From assembly GCA_963722495.1 (NCBI GenBank), contig CAVRND010000008.1, positions 6,355 through 70,354 of the forward strand: a DNA stretch of 64,000 nucleotides. Direction: 5' to 3'. A program made the translations under genes and the position numbers. Positions 39,748 through 49,742 of this stretch are shown in pieces. Origin of the DNA: an uncultured Alphaproteobacteria bacterium. GTDB taxonomy: Bacteria > Pseudomonadota > Alphaproteobacteria > Rhizobiales > Hyphomicrobiaceae. The notes beneath the pieces were generated by a model that saw nothing but the letters and a program-made list of their open reading frames with translations, was not told the DNA's origin and did not search any database. Position 1 is the first letter of the stretch; the number at the start of each line of letters is the position of its first letter.

Positions 39748-40770
39748 TCATGGCGTAAACCACTGTTTGTACCATGGCACGGACGGCTCTTTGCTTGAAG
39801 CTTTAGCGGCGGTTGCCTGTTGAGAATCGGGTGCGGATGTGACGGCGGGGTGTGCCCACGGCAACACCTCGCCATCGGTGGCGCCCGTCTGCGACCAGGT
39901 CACGGCGCGCGTGGCGAGGGGATCCTTGGCGGCGGCAAATTTGCGCTGCGCAATCAACCGGCTCGCCTGTGCGTCGTACTCAGGGAGCGTGGTGGCGGTT
40001 TCCTTGGGCACCAGATGCACGACTTTGAAGCCGCGCTTCTTGAGCTCATCGAGAATGCCGCTCAGGGCCTGGGCCGTCGACGGCTGGATGTCATGGAAAA
40101 GGAGGATGCCCTTGCGGGCGCCGGCGAGCTGGGCCAGCACCGTTTTCTTTACCGCATCGCCGTCACGGGTGCGGAAATCGCGTGAGTCCACGTCGATGGT
40201 GAAGCTCGCCACGTTGCGGGTCTTGAGATAAGCCATGGCCGCCGCGGTCGGCCGCAGATAGGGGAAGCGGAAGAACGGCGCGATCGGCGCCTGCATCGCC
40301 TGCGCCACGGCGCTGAACCCAAGCTCGATCTCGTCCTTGGCCTTGTCGGGCGCCAGCCCCTGCAGCTTGGCGTGCGACCAGGTATGCGCGCCGACGGTAT
40401 GGCCGTGGCTGGCGACCTCGCGCACCATCTCCGGATCGGCGACCGCCATACGGCCGACCATAAAGAACGTCGCCTTGGTGCAATGGGCGTCGAGCGCCTT
40501 GAGGACGGCGCGCGTGTAGTGGCGCAGGGGGCCGTCGTCGAACGTCAGCACCACCTCGCCGTCGTGAAGAAAGTCGTAGCCGCCATTATGGACGCGTCCG
40601 AACAGCGGGCCGCCGGCAGCATCGACCTCGACCATCCGCGACAAGCCGAGAACGTTGTCCTGCGTGGCGCAGGCGGCAACCGGCGGCGCGCTCTGCGCCG
40701 TGCGCGCAATCAACCCGCCGCCAAGCAGCAGGGCCACGCAGACAGCCGAGAATGCCCCAATACGCCGCAT
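39748..40770 (-). CDS. Polysaccharide deacetylase (CE4/NodB), exported
   Basis: LTFDDGP, HTWSH, FFRFPY, LFHD. Confidence 0.92.
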   Translation of the reverse strand: MRRIGAFSAVCVALLLGGGLIARTAQSAPPVAACATQDNVLGLSRMVEVDAAGGPLFGRVHNGGYDFLHDGEVVLTFDDGPLRHYTRAVLKALDAHCTKATFFMVGRMAVADPEMVREVASHGHTVGAHTWSHAKLQGLAPDKAKDEIELGFSAVAQAMQAPIAPFFRFPYLRPTAAAMAYLKTRNVASFTIDVDSRDFRTRDGDAVKKTVLAQLAGARKGILLFHDIQPSTAQALSGILDELKKRGFKVVHLVPKETATTLPEYDAQASRLIAQRKFAAAKDPLATRAVTWSQTGATDGEVLPWAHPAVTSAPDSQQATAAKASSKEPSVPWYKQWFTP

Positions 40771-41024
40771 CCGCCATTCCGTCGCTGGACTAACGCAACG
40801 AGCGCGTGGCACACACCCCGCGACCCCCACCTAAGTAGGGTGGAAGAGCTAAAATTCTCTGTAAATGTTTTCCCTCCCGGGACATCTTCCCCGTGTTGTT
40901 GCATGCGCGCACCAGACTGCACGACGCGCTGCGACGTGCTAAGGCCTGTCCATCACGCGCGTAATGCGAAAACTGTCATACCGGCCGGCGCCTGGCGCCG
41001 TCCGCGCTTCCGGAGTGCGCCCAC

Positions 41025-42401
41025 GTGCCCGAGACCGAGGAGATTGCTGCGCATGAGCGGGGGGCGGCGCCGACCGCCGAACTCGTGCGCGCGGTCGCCG
41101 AGGCGCTGGAGGAAAACAATACGGAGCAGGTGCGTTCGCTGGTGGCGGACGTCGAAGGGCCGGACCTCGCCGACCTGATCGAAATGCTCGAGCCTGAGCA
41201 ACGCGTCGGGCTGATCATGGCGCTGGGCGCCGACTTCGACTTCGAGGTGCTGACCGAGGTCGACGAGAAGGTCCGCGACCAGCTTTCCGAGGCGCTGCCC
41301 AACGACGTGCTCGCCAAAGGCGTCTCGGAGCTCGAAAGCGACGACGCCGCCTACCTGCTGGGCAGCCTCGAGGAAGACGACCAAAAGGAAATTCTCGACC
41401 AGATGCCGCAGGGCGAGCGCGCCGCCCTGCAGCGCAACCTGCTGTATCCGGAAGAGACCGCCGGCCGCCTCATGCAGGCGGACTTCGTCGCCGTTCCGCC
41501 GTTCTGGACCGTCGGTCAGGTCATCAATTTCGCCCGCGACACCGAGGATCTGCCGGAAACGTTCTCGGAGATATTCGTCGTCGATCCCGGCTATCACCTG
41601 CTCGGCAGCGTCGACATTTCGCGTCTGCTGCGCTCGAAGCACGACGTCAAGGTCGACACCATCATGGATGCCGACCGGCATGTCGTGCTTGCCACCGCCG
41701 ACCAGGAGGACGTGGCGCGCCAGTTCGAGCGCTACGGCCTGATGGCGGCGCCCGTCGTCGACAAGAACGATCGCCTCGTCGGCGTCGTCACGGTCGATGA
41801 CGTGGTCGAGGTGATCGAGCACGAGGTCGAAGAGGACGCCAAGCTGCTCGCCGGCGTCGGCGACGAGCGCCTCAGCGACAGCGTGCGCGAGATCGCGCCG
41901 CCGCGCTTTTCCTGGCTGTTCGTCAACCTGTTCACCGCCATCCTCGCCTCGGCGGTTATCGGCCTGTTCGACGCTACGATCGAAAGCATGGTGGCGCTGG
42001 CCGTTCTGATGCCGATCGTTGCCTCCATGGGCGGCAATGCGGGAACGCAGACGATGACGGTGGCCGTGCGCGCACTGGCCACAAAGGAACTTAACCCGGC
42101 AAACATTGTGCGCGTCGTCACGCGTGAGACCGCCGTCGGGCTGATCAACGGTCTCGCCTTTGCTCTCATCATGTCGCTCGTCGTGTTCGCCTGGTTCGGG
42201 ACCGAGCAGCTCGGGCTCGTCATCGGCGCCGCGATGGTGATCAACATGCTTGCTGCGGCGCTCGCCGGCATCTTCATTCCGCTGGCGCTCGACCGCATGG
42301 GGTTCGATCCCGCCGTTGCGTCAACGGTGTTCGTGACGACAGTGACCGACGTGGTAGGATTCTTCTCGTTCCTCGGGCTTGCAAGCTTGTGGCTCAGGTG
42401 A
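41025..42401 (+). CDS. mgtE: Magnesium transporter MgtE
   Basis: YPEETAGRLM, CBS pair, SMGGNAGTQ, DPAVASTVFVTTVTDVVGF. Confidence 0.95.
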   Translation: MPETEEIAAHERGAAPTAELVRAVAEALEENNTEQVRSLVADVEGPDLADLIEMLEPEQRVGLIMALGADFDFEVLTEVDEKVRDQLSEALPNDVLAKGVSELESDDAAYLLGSLEEDDQKEILDQMPQGERAALQRNLLYPEETAGRLMQADFVAVPPFWTVGQVINFARDTEDLPETFSEIFVVDPGYHLLGSVDISRLLRSKHDVKVDTIMDADRHVVLATADQEDVARQFERYGLMAAPVVDKNDRLVGVVTVDDVVEVIEHEVEEDAKLLAGVGDERLSDSVREIAPPRFSWLFVNLFTAILASAVIGLFDATIESMVALAVLMPIVASMGGNAGTQTMTVAVRALATKELNPANIVRVVTRETAVGLINGLAFALIMSLVVFAWFGTEQLGLVIGAAMVINMLAAALAGIFIPLALDRMGFDPAVASTVFVTTVTDVVGFFSFLGLASLWLR

Positions 42402-42408
42402 GGACAGC

Positions 42409-42861
42409 ATGAGCATCGAAAGCAACGTCAACATCCGCCCGTTGAGGGCGTCGGACCGCAAGGCGTGGGAAGCGCTGTTCCACGGCTACATCAACTTCTA
42501 CGAGGCAAAGGTGTCCAACGATGTCATCGACGTCGTGTGGCAGCGGCTGCTCAAACAGGAGGACGGGCTGGTGGGCCTCGTCGCCGTGGACGACAACGAT
42601 CATCCCATCGGGCTGGCGCATGCGGTGTTTCACCGCTCGACTTGGTCGCCGACGACGTACTGTTATCTGGAAGACCTTTACGTCGATCGCGACGTGCGCC
42701 GCCACGGCACCGGGCGCGCGCTGATCAAGGCGATTTACGAGGAAGCCGACAAGCGCGGCGCCACGCGCACCTACTGGGCGACGAAAGAGGACAACCGCCA
42801 GGCGCGCCGCCTCTACGACCGCGTCGCCACCCTCAGCCCCTTCGTCCAGTACCGGCGCTAG
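42409..42861 (+). CDS. GNAT N-acetyltransferase
   Basis: YLEDLYV, RRHGTGRALI, NRQARRLYD. Confidence 0.9.
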   Translation: MSIESNVNIRPLRASDRKAWEALFHGYINFYEAKVSNDVIDVVWQRLLKQEDGLVGLVAVDDNDHPIGLAHAVFHRSTWSPTTYCYLEDLYVDRDVRRHGTGRALIKAIYEEADKRGATRTYWATKEDNRQARRLYDRVATLSPFVQYRR

Positions 42862-42925
42862 CGTATCTGATTGCCATCGCTGATAAGCGATTCATCGACC
42901 GGCGGGACGCGCCTTCACTTGCTCG

Positions 42926-43201
42926 TCAAAAACGACGGGAGCGGGCCGGCAGCTCGCGCCAGGCGCAGGCGGAACCGTCCGGCATCACGGTGATATCAAC
43001 CCTGTCGTCGGCGTTGGCCCATTTTTCTTTGACGACGCCGATGTCCAGCCGCGTGCTGCTCTCCTTGGTGTAGCCAGCAAGCCGCTGCATGATCTCCTGC
43101 CGCTTGCCGCAACCCTGGCGAAGCGGAGGCACGCGGGTCGTGGCCATGGCGCTCGAGGCGATCACGGCGATGGCGGCGACGATAGCAATGGCGCGGGTCA
43201 T
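42926..43201 (-). CDS. Small secreted protein with Cys pair
   Basis: MTRAIAIVAAIAVIASSAMA signal; CGKR...PDGSAC. Confidence 0.55.
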   Translation of the reverse strand: MTRAIAIVAAIAVIASSAMATTRVPPLRQGCGKRQEIMQRLAGYTKESSTRLDIGVVKEKWANADDRVDITVMPDGSACAWRELPARSRRF

Positions 43202-43369
43202 GGGCGAGGACTGGCGCACCTCTTTGCGGCGCAGGCGGGACGAGACCGAGGCGCGCAGGCGGCATCTCGCAGGCCTGGCGCTTCGCCATGACGCTCCGCC
43301 ATGGCGCTCTGCCATGACCGCCGTCACGCGCCCGGGATGACAGTTGGGCGCACCTAGCCGTCTCGCGAG

Positions 43370-44399
43370 CCGACCGGTTGAGCGAGTTAAGCCAGGGCTG
43401 ATGGTGCTCGACAGCCTTTCGGAAATCCGTCTGCTTGCCCAGAGTTCGTTGCGATATCGTCGGCAGCTCCTCGCCTTGAAGCACCTACTGGCCAAGCGCG
43501 GGATGACCGTGCTCATGCTGGACGATTTGACGACCGACGTTCTCGATAAAACGGCGCACAGCATTGCGCACGGTGTGCTGCGCTTGGAGGAACTTTCACC
43601 AGGCTATGGAGCCGAGCGGCGACGGCTCAAGGTGATGAAGTACCGGGCGCAAGCTCACCGCGGTGGCTACCACGACTTCACGATCAAGACGGGCGGGGTC
43701 CGGGTCTACCTACGCCTGGTGGCTTCCGAGCACAAGGGGAATTTCGCCGTATCCCAAATCAAAAGCGGCCTCGGTGAGCTGGACCAGCTTCTCGGCGGCG
43801 GGATTGACAAGGGCACGAGCACGCTTGTCCTGGGTCCGGCAGGAACCGGGAAGTCCCTGTTCGTGTTGCAGTATGCGACGGCTGCCATGCGACGCGGCGA
43901 GAAAGTGGCCGTGTTCCTGTTCGATGAGGAACTCAGCGTTCTCTTTCGTCGCGCCAAGGGCATGGGCATGGATCTTGCGCAGTTTCAACAAGAGGGAATG
44001 CTTTCTATCCACCAGGTCGATGCCGCCGAACTGTCTCCAGGCGAGTTCACGCACCAAGTACGCCGTTGCGTGGAGATCGAAGAAGTCCAGGTCGTCGCGG
44101 TTGACAGCCTCAATGGCTATCGCGCGGCCATGCTCGAGGAGAACGCCCTGATTCTTGCACATGCACGAACTCCTCCAGTATCTCAACCGTCAGGGTGTCA
44201 GCACTTTCCTCACGGTCGCGCAACACGGCTTGGTCGGTGACATGAAACGCTGGTGGATGTCACCTACCTGGCCGATACAGTGGTTTTGATGCGCTACTTT
44301 GAGGCGCACGGACGGGTGCGTCGTGCGCTGTCGATAGTCAAGAAGCGGACCGGAGCCCATGAAGACACCATCCGTGAGTTCGAACGGTGGACTGAGTAG
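43370..44399 (+). pseudogene. KaiC/RAD55-like double ATPase remnant, truncated at both ends and frameshifted
   Basis: Begins mid first domain (LDSLSEIRLLAQSSLRYRRQ) with no first Walker A; second domain GPAGTGKS intact; homology stops after HEDTIREF. Confidence 0.75.
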
Positions 44400-44407
44400 G
44401 GTGTCCT

Positions 44408-45775
44408 TCAACTCGAAGGCGCGTCGAGGCGGCGGGTGAGGTTCTCGAACTCCTGCCGCAGCTCCTCGTTCTTGAAGATCTGATCGAAGGTCGGCGCCTC
44501 GAGCTTCTGGATAGCTTCGAACGAGGCGGCGCTGTCGCGCATCAGGTTCTTCAGCTGGAAGCTGGCTTCCACCGTTTCATACGTATTGTCGGCGATGCGC
44601 AGGTCGTGCACGGCGCGGGTGCGCGCCTTGGCGATCTGCTCGCGCTGCTGCTGCAGATAACGGCGATAGCCCTTGGCCGCGTCCGCCGCCACCTTCTGTG
44701 CGTCGCGGTTGGCCTGCAGTGCGCGCAGCTGATCGGGGCGGTTCTCGCCCTGCAGCAGCTTCGCCGTCTTGGCCTGCGCGCTGGTGATGTCCTTCAGGAT
44801 GGCGTCGAGCTTCGGCATGTAGTTGGTGTCGATCTTGTCGATCGCCGAGCCCTGCGCGTGCACCAGCATGGCGAACAGCGCCGCGTGCATGGCGAAGTAC
44901 TTGCGCGCCGAGTTCATGTTGTCGCCGGCCGCCGTCAGCAGCTTGCCGAGCTGGGTGTCGATCACCTTGGCCGCGTTGAATACGGCGACGAGGCGCACGA
45001 GGTCGCCCGACAGCACGCTGTCGAGCAGCAGGTCGACCTGATCCGGCGACAGCTCGACGCCCGACTTGGCCAGCGCGCCGACGATCTCCGCCTTGGTCTT
45101 GGCGATCTCGTCCTGGTTCTTGGTGATGCGCTGCTCGGCATCCTTGATGTTGCTGTCGAGGCTCGAAACGGTGTCGTTGAGCACGCCCGGCAACATGGCG
45201 TCTTTCGGCGCCGTGATCTGCTTTTCCTTCAGCGTCGCGATATTGGCTTCGATCTCGCGGATGTTCTGGCGCAGCCCCTCGACCTTCTTCTGCATCTCGA
45301 CGATGGGCACGTCGGTGACGATGCCGAGCGCTGAATCGAGCAGGTTGCGGATGCGCGCCTCGCGGTCCTCGCGCGTCTCGGTCCACAGCGGCGTCAGGAT
45401 GAACTCGTCGCGGCCGGGCAGCTTCTGCGCCTGCGTGCGCTGCTCGGCGGTGTCCTGCAGAATAGCGTCGACGGCCAGCATCAGCTGGCGCGCCTGCTCG
45501 TAAGCTTCCTCGCCTTCGCGCGGATCCTTCGGCACGACGGGTGCTGCGGCTTGTGGCGCTGGAGGCCCGACGAGCGACGGATTGGCGACCGCCGACGGCT
45601 TGCCGACCGGCAGCGTCGTCTCGGCGACTTTTTCAGTTTTGGCTTCGCGTGCCGATTTGGAAATCAGCTCGGCGATGCCATCGCGGTGCGCGCTCTGTGC
45701 GCCAGCAGAAATGGATGAACCAAAAAGCGCCGCGAACGCCAGCGCAGCGGTAGGCCAACTAACGTCGGCAACCAT
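44408..45775 (-). CDS. Exported coiled-coil hypothetical protein
   Basis: Signal peptide, long heptad-rich helices, strong host-like codon bias. Confidence 0.8.
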   Translation of the reverse strand: MVADVSWPTAALAFAALFGSSISAGAQSAHRDGIAELISKSAREAKTEKVAETTLPVGKPSAVANPSLVGPPAPQAAAPVVPKDPREGEEAYEQARQLMLAVDAILQDTAEQRTQAQKLPGRDEFILTPLWTETREDREARIRNLLDSALGIVTDVPIVEMQKKVEGLRQNIREIEANIATLKEKQITAPKDAMLPGVLNDTVSSLDSNIKDAEQRITKNQDEIAKTKAEIVGALAKSGVELSPDQVDLLLDSVLSGDLVRLVAVFNAAKVIDTQLGKLLTAAGDNMNSARKYFAMHAALFAMLVHAQGSAIDKIDTNYMPKLDAILKDITSAQAKTAKLLQGENRPDQLRALQANRDAQKVAADAAKGYRRYLQQQREQIAKARTRAVHDLRIADNTYETVEASFQLKNLMRDSAASFEAIQKLEAPTFDQIFKNEELRQEFENLTRRLDAPSS

Positions 45776-45847
45776 GACCAAAGCCTCCCAAACACACCGC
45801 GCACGGAGCCGCAGAATTCGGGCTATTCGATGGTCCCTGCCGCTCGT

Positions 45848-46552
45848 TCACTTGGCCAGAGCGATGAGGTCCATCAAGCGCTGGTCGACCTGGCGTGCGT
45901 CCGTCAGAACGAGCATGTGGGAGAGCGCTTCGCCTTTGCCAAGACCGCCCCCCGCCTGTCCTTTTTTGACGACCTCGTCAAAGGGATGCTCACCAAGCGC
46001 CAGGTGCAGACGCAGTTCCTTGGCTGTTATCCCCAGCGTGGCGAACACATTTGGATCGCCGATGACGACGGCGCCATCGCGCGGGCTGAATTGCGCGTCC
46101 GCGCGCACCGACTTGATCTTCGCCAGCACGAGCTGCGCCAGCGGCCGGTACGCCTTCGCCTTGGCCAGCAAGGCGTCGAGGTCGCTGGCGGGCTGCTGGG
46201 GCGGTGGCGGTGCAACGGGTGCGACGGGCGGCGCCGGTGCTGACGCAGGGGCACCCGCTGTCGCGAAGGCGCCGGCGAGCACACCTTCGCGCCGCCGGCG
46301 GGGAGGGCGCCGCGGCGCGGACTCCTTCGGCGCGTCGGCGTAAATCGGCTTGCCGCCGTTGTGGTGGATGCGCTCCAGCCACGAGGCCTTGGAGAACATC
46401 AGCCCCTTGTGGCGCAGCCAGTCGATGATGTCGTTGCGCTCTGACTGGCCCGACGATGCGATCGCCTGCATCCACTCGCCGAGATCGCGTCCGGTGTTCT
46501 CTTTCAGGCCGTCGATGAAGGCGCGCTCTTTCTCGCCGTAGTCGGTGGGCAT
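45848..46552 (-). CDS. DUF4287/DUF5655-like hypothetical protein
   Basis: LKENTGRDLGEW...IIDWLR N-domain, Pro linker, C-domain FATL...SHMLVL. Confidence 0.65.
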   Translation of the reverse strand: MPTDYGEKERAFIDGLKENTGRDLGEWMQAIASSGQSERNDIIDWLRHKGLMFSKASWLERIHHNGGKPIYADAPKESAPRRPPRRRREGVLAGAFATAGAPASAPAPPVAPVAPPPPQQPASDLDALLAKAKAYRPLAQLVLAKIKSVRADAQFSPRDGAVVIGDPNVFATLGITAKELRLHLALGEHPFDEVVKKGQAGGGLGKGEALSHMLVLTDARQVDQRLMDLIALAK

Positions 46553-46561
46553 CGCGCTTCC

Positions 46562-47047
46562 TCAAATCCAGCGGCGCGACTTGGCCTTGTAGTCGGTATA
46601 GGCCTTGCCGAAGCGGCGCTCGAGGTGGCGCTCCTCGGGCAGGATGGCGAGCCACGTGCAGAGCGCCACAAAGCCTACCGCGGCGGCGACGAACCACACG
46701 TTCTTCGTCAGCTCGGCGATGCCGAGCAGGATCATCGCGTCGGCGAGATAGATCGGATTGCGGTAGCGCCAGTAGGGGCCGTCAGTGACCAGCGTCGTCG
46801 CCCCGACGTCCGGCAGCACGGTCGTGCCGTGCCGGCGCAAGGTCATGATACCCCAGATGAGCAGGGCGACGCCGGCGGCGCCGATCGTCAGCCCGATGCT
46901 GCGCGCCGCAAAGTCGTCGGTGCCCGGCCAGCCCACGGGCGCCAGGTATCCGAGCGCAATGGCCGCTATGACGCCACCGCCCAAGAGAATAGGCGGCCAC
47001 GGAATGCGGCTCGGGCGGTCGGTGAGATCTGCTTGGTCTGTCGGCAT
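46562..47047 (-). CDS. Isoprenylcysteine carboxyl methyltransferase (ICMT/PEMT) family protein
   Basis: LVTDGPYWRYRNPIY, PEERHLERRFGKAYTDYKAKSRRW. Confidence 0.88.
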   Translation of the reverse strand: MPTDQADLTDRPSRIPWPPILLGGGVIAAIALGYLAPVGWPGTDDFAARSIGLTIGAAGVALLIWGIMTLRRHGTTVLPDVGATTLVTDGPYWRYRNPIYLADAMILLGIAELTKNVWFVAAAVGFVALCTWLAILPEERHLERRFGKAYTDYKAKSRRWI

Positions 47048-47118
47048 TGCGTCCCGATGATCGTCCAAACTCGACGTTTACACCAGAAGCGCGTCACACG
47101 GCCAACGCACAGCGCAGG

Positions 47119-47601
47119 CTACTTTTCCTTCGGCTTGGCGAGCGGCGTCGGCGTCGAGTTAGTCGAGGTCGTCGCCAGCTCGGCGTCGAGGTCGAACGTC
47201 CTGCATTGCTTGATGGCGAGCTGCCGGTTGTAGGCTTCGAGCATGGCGCGGTCTTTGCGGTACTGCCCGTCGGGGTCGGTGCCCTCTTTGGTGCCTCCGA
47301 AGATCGGCGTCGCCAGCGATTGGATGCCGCGCGATACCGCCGTCGTCTTCTTGTTCGTGTCATAGCCGCGTATCTGCAGGATGCGGATCTGCATCGTGCC
47401 GGTGAGCTTCTTGCAGTCGAATTTCAGCTCCTCTTCGGTGAGCTGATAGCCGCTACCCTGCAAGGCGCCGGTGGTGACGCTGTCCGATGCCGTCGGCATA
47501 TCGCTGACGAGGTTGGGGGGCGTATCGACCGGTTTGCCGGCGCAGCCGCACACCAGCGCGCTCGCCACAACTGCGAAGACCTGAGCCCGGAAACGGACCA
47601 T
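47119..47601 (-). CDS. Hypothetical lipoprotein
   Basis: Lipobox VCGC; DCKKLTG...LAIKQC. Confidence 0.75.
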   Translation of the reverse strand: MVRFRAQVFAVVASALVCGCAGKPVDTPPNLVSDMPTASDSVTTGALQGSGYQLTEEELKFDCKKLTGTMQIRILQIRGYDTNKKTTAVSRGIQSLATPIFGGTKEGTDPDGQYRKDRAMLEAYNRQLAIKQCRTFDLDAELATTSTNSTPTPLAKPKEK

Positions 47602-47775
47602 TCTGATTCATCCAACCGCTGCGGCTATCGAGCCCTCAATCGGGGCGGATTGAAGGCGCCGCTCGCGGCGCTGGGCCGCGGCAATGGCCTTTCGGTGCAG
47701 TTGCGCGGACTGGCCCGGCGCGGTTGAATGGAGGGGCTGAGGGGAAGCGGCACTGATCGCTTTGGGAAAGAGTAT

Positions 47776-48207
47776 ATGCACATCAAAAAGCTCGCCGCAC
47801 TCGGCCTGGCGCTGACTGCGCTCGCCGCCGCCTCGGCGCGTGCCGAAGACGAGCCGAAAGGCTACAGCTGCACCTTCACCGAGGGCACTGCATCGACCTT
47901 CGAGAACGGCGCGTTCAAGAGCAAGTCGCCGGAGCCGATGAGCTTTACCATTACCGAAATCGATCTCGACAAGCAGACGGCGCAACTCAATCCCGAGGGC
48001 AGCACCCGGCCGGGGACGCTGAAGATCGTGCGCGCCATCAATGCCAACCATTTCCTCGAGGTCGTCAACGAGGGCTTCCTCAACCTCACGACCATCTACG
48101 ATATGGATCCGGGAAGCGGTAAGTATCCCGCAGTCCATTCGCGCCACTTCGGCGTGATCGGACAGCCGGTCGTGGCACAGTACGCCGGCGTCTGCACGGC
48201 GAAGTAA
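47776..48207 (+). CDS. Secreted hypothetical protein
   Basis: Signal peptide; AVHSRH, QYAGVC. Confidence 0.75.
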   Translation: MHIKKLAALGLALTALAAASARAEDEPKGYSCTFTEGTASTFENGAFKSKSPEPMSFTITEIDLDKQTAQLNPEGSTRPGTLKIVRAINANHFLEVVNEGFLNLTTIYDMDPGSGKYPAVHSRHFGVIGQPVVAQYAGVCTAK

Positions 48208-48336
48208 CGCCGACAAGCTGTGGATGCCGCGCCGTTTGCACTCGCGGGCGCTAGGTGTCTCGCTGCGGCGCAGGTGCGGCGAGTCCGATCATCTTTGATA
48301 CCAGCGTCTTTAGTTCATGCGGTTGGGGAGAAAGCC

Positions 48337-48774
48337 GTGGCGCTGCACCTCATCAAGCTCTGCGTCGGCGCCGCCTCCATCGAGGAATTGGCCGACTGGC
48401 AGACCGCGCGCGCCGCCGAGCGCAAGAAGGCCGGCAAGTCGCCGCGCATTTTCCACACGACCTTCCAGACGCCGAAGCGCGATGCCGAGTTGCTCGACGG
48501 CGGCTCGCTCTATTGGGTCATCAAGGGCACCGTGCAGGTGCGCCAGAGGCTGATCGGCTTTGAGCAAGGTACGAAGTCCGACGGCACGCCGGCCTGCCTG
48601 ATCCTGCTCGACGCCGCGCTGGTGCCAGTGCGGCCCGTGCCCCGGCGCGCCTTCCAGGGCTGGCGCTATCTCACCGCCGACGATGCGCCCGCCGACCTCG
48701 GCCGCGGCGACAAACAGATTGCCGAGCTGCCGCCCAAGATGCGCCGCGAGCTCGCCGAGCTCGGCCTCATCTAA
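48337..48774 (+). CDS. DUF1489 family protein
   Basis: LHLIKLCVG, LLDGGSLYWVIKG, RAFQGWRYL, ELAELGL. Confidence 0.88.
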   Translation: MALHLIKLCVGAASIEELADWQTARAAERKKAGKSPRIFHTTFQTPKRDAELLDGGSLYWVIKGTVQVRQRLIGFEQGTKSDGTPACLILLDAALVPVRPVPRRAFQGWRYLTADDAPADLGRGDKQIAELPPKMRRELAELGLI

Positions 48775-49655
48775 GCAGCGGGTTCCTCGAAGCTCAGCGC
48801 CCAGCCGTCGCCGGAGCACCAGCACGTCGCTTCATCGGCAGTCTTATTCCAGACTAGGCTCCTGATCTTGTCCCAGCCGCCACCCTCAAGGCTGCTCTGC
48901 AAGCGACCCACCTGGTCAAACGACGCGCCACTCTCTCCCTCGGCGAAGACGAACGACACCGGACCCAGCCCAGTCGCGGCATAGCCCTCGTCGAGTCGCT
49001 TCACGATTACGGCGAGCGCGTTCAAACCGTTCTTTCCGCCACCGCGCGGGCCTTCGCGCGGCACGCCAAGGGGAAAGATCAACCGGCCGCCCACGGCCAA
49101 ATTGTCGATCCACGCATCGGCGGGCCGCGGTGTTGCGAAGTTCACGTAGATAACGTCGGCGGGTTGTTGTGGCCAATGGCGACCGTCTGCTGCGACGACA
49201 TCGACATTGGAGCGGTGATCGAGGTTCTGTTTGGCGCTCTGCGCACGCTGTACATCGAATTCGACTGCCGTCACATGGCCTGCTCTGCCGACGAGCTGGG
49301 CAAGGATCGCCGAATAGTAGCCGGCGCCGGCGCCAATGTGCGCGACCCTTTCGCCGGGGCGAGGCGCGAGGAGGTGCATCCAGTGGGCATGCAGGGAAGG
49401 GCTGCCGTTGTTGACACCGCGCTCCTCATCGAGCGCCACGACAACATCCTGATAGACCAGCGCAGGGTCTTGCTCGGGAACGGTCGCATACGGCGACCAG
49501 GGCGTCATGATGCGCCACGGACCCTTACCCAGGAAGCCCTCGCGCGGGACAGCAGCAAATGCGTCCTCCAGCTGCGTGTCGTCTAGGGCGCTTGCCAGGG
49601 CAAGCATTTGCCGCGCGTAGAATTCTCCGCAATTCTGCAAGGTCCAATTCGTCAA
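48771..49655 (-). CDS. Protein-L-isoaspartate O-methyltransferase family protein
   Basis: AFAAVPREGFLG, NNGSPSLHA, HIGAGAGYYSAILA, GGRLIFP. Confidence 0.88.
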   Translation of the reverse strand: MTNWTLQNCGEFYARQMLALASALDDTQLEDAFAAVPREGFLGKGPWRIMTPWSPYATVPEQDPALVYQDVVVALDEERGVNNGSPSLHAHWMHLLAPRPGERVAHIGAGAGYYSAILAQLVGRAGHVTAVEFDVQRAQSAKQNLDHRSNVDVVAADGRHWPQQPADVIYVNFATPRPADAWIDNLAVGGRLIFPLGVPREGPRGGGKNGLNALAVIVKRLDEGYAATGLGPVSFVFAEGESGASFDQVGRLQSSLEGGGWDKIRSLVWNKTADEATCWCSGDGWALSFEEPAA

Positions 49656-49742
49656 CTCCCTGTGCCACTGTTGACGCGGCGCCGCATACGGTGTCAGCCA
49701 TATCGTCGAACCTTCCGCCTAACACTGCAACCGACCACAATC

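Noticed and set aside
43344-44240. Circadian clock locus
   Set aside because: Only a truncated KaiC-like fragment; no kaiA or kaiB in the window.
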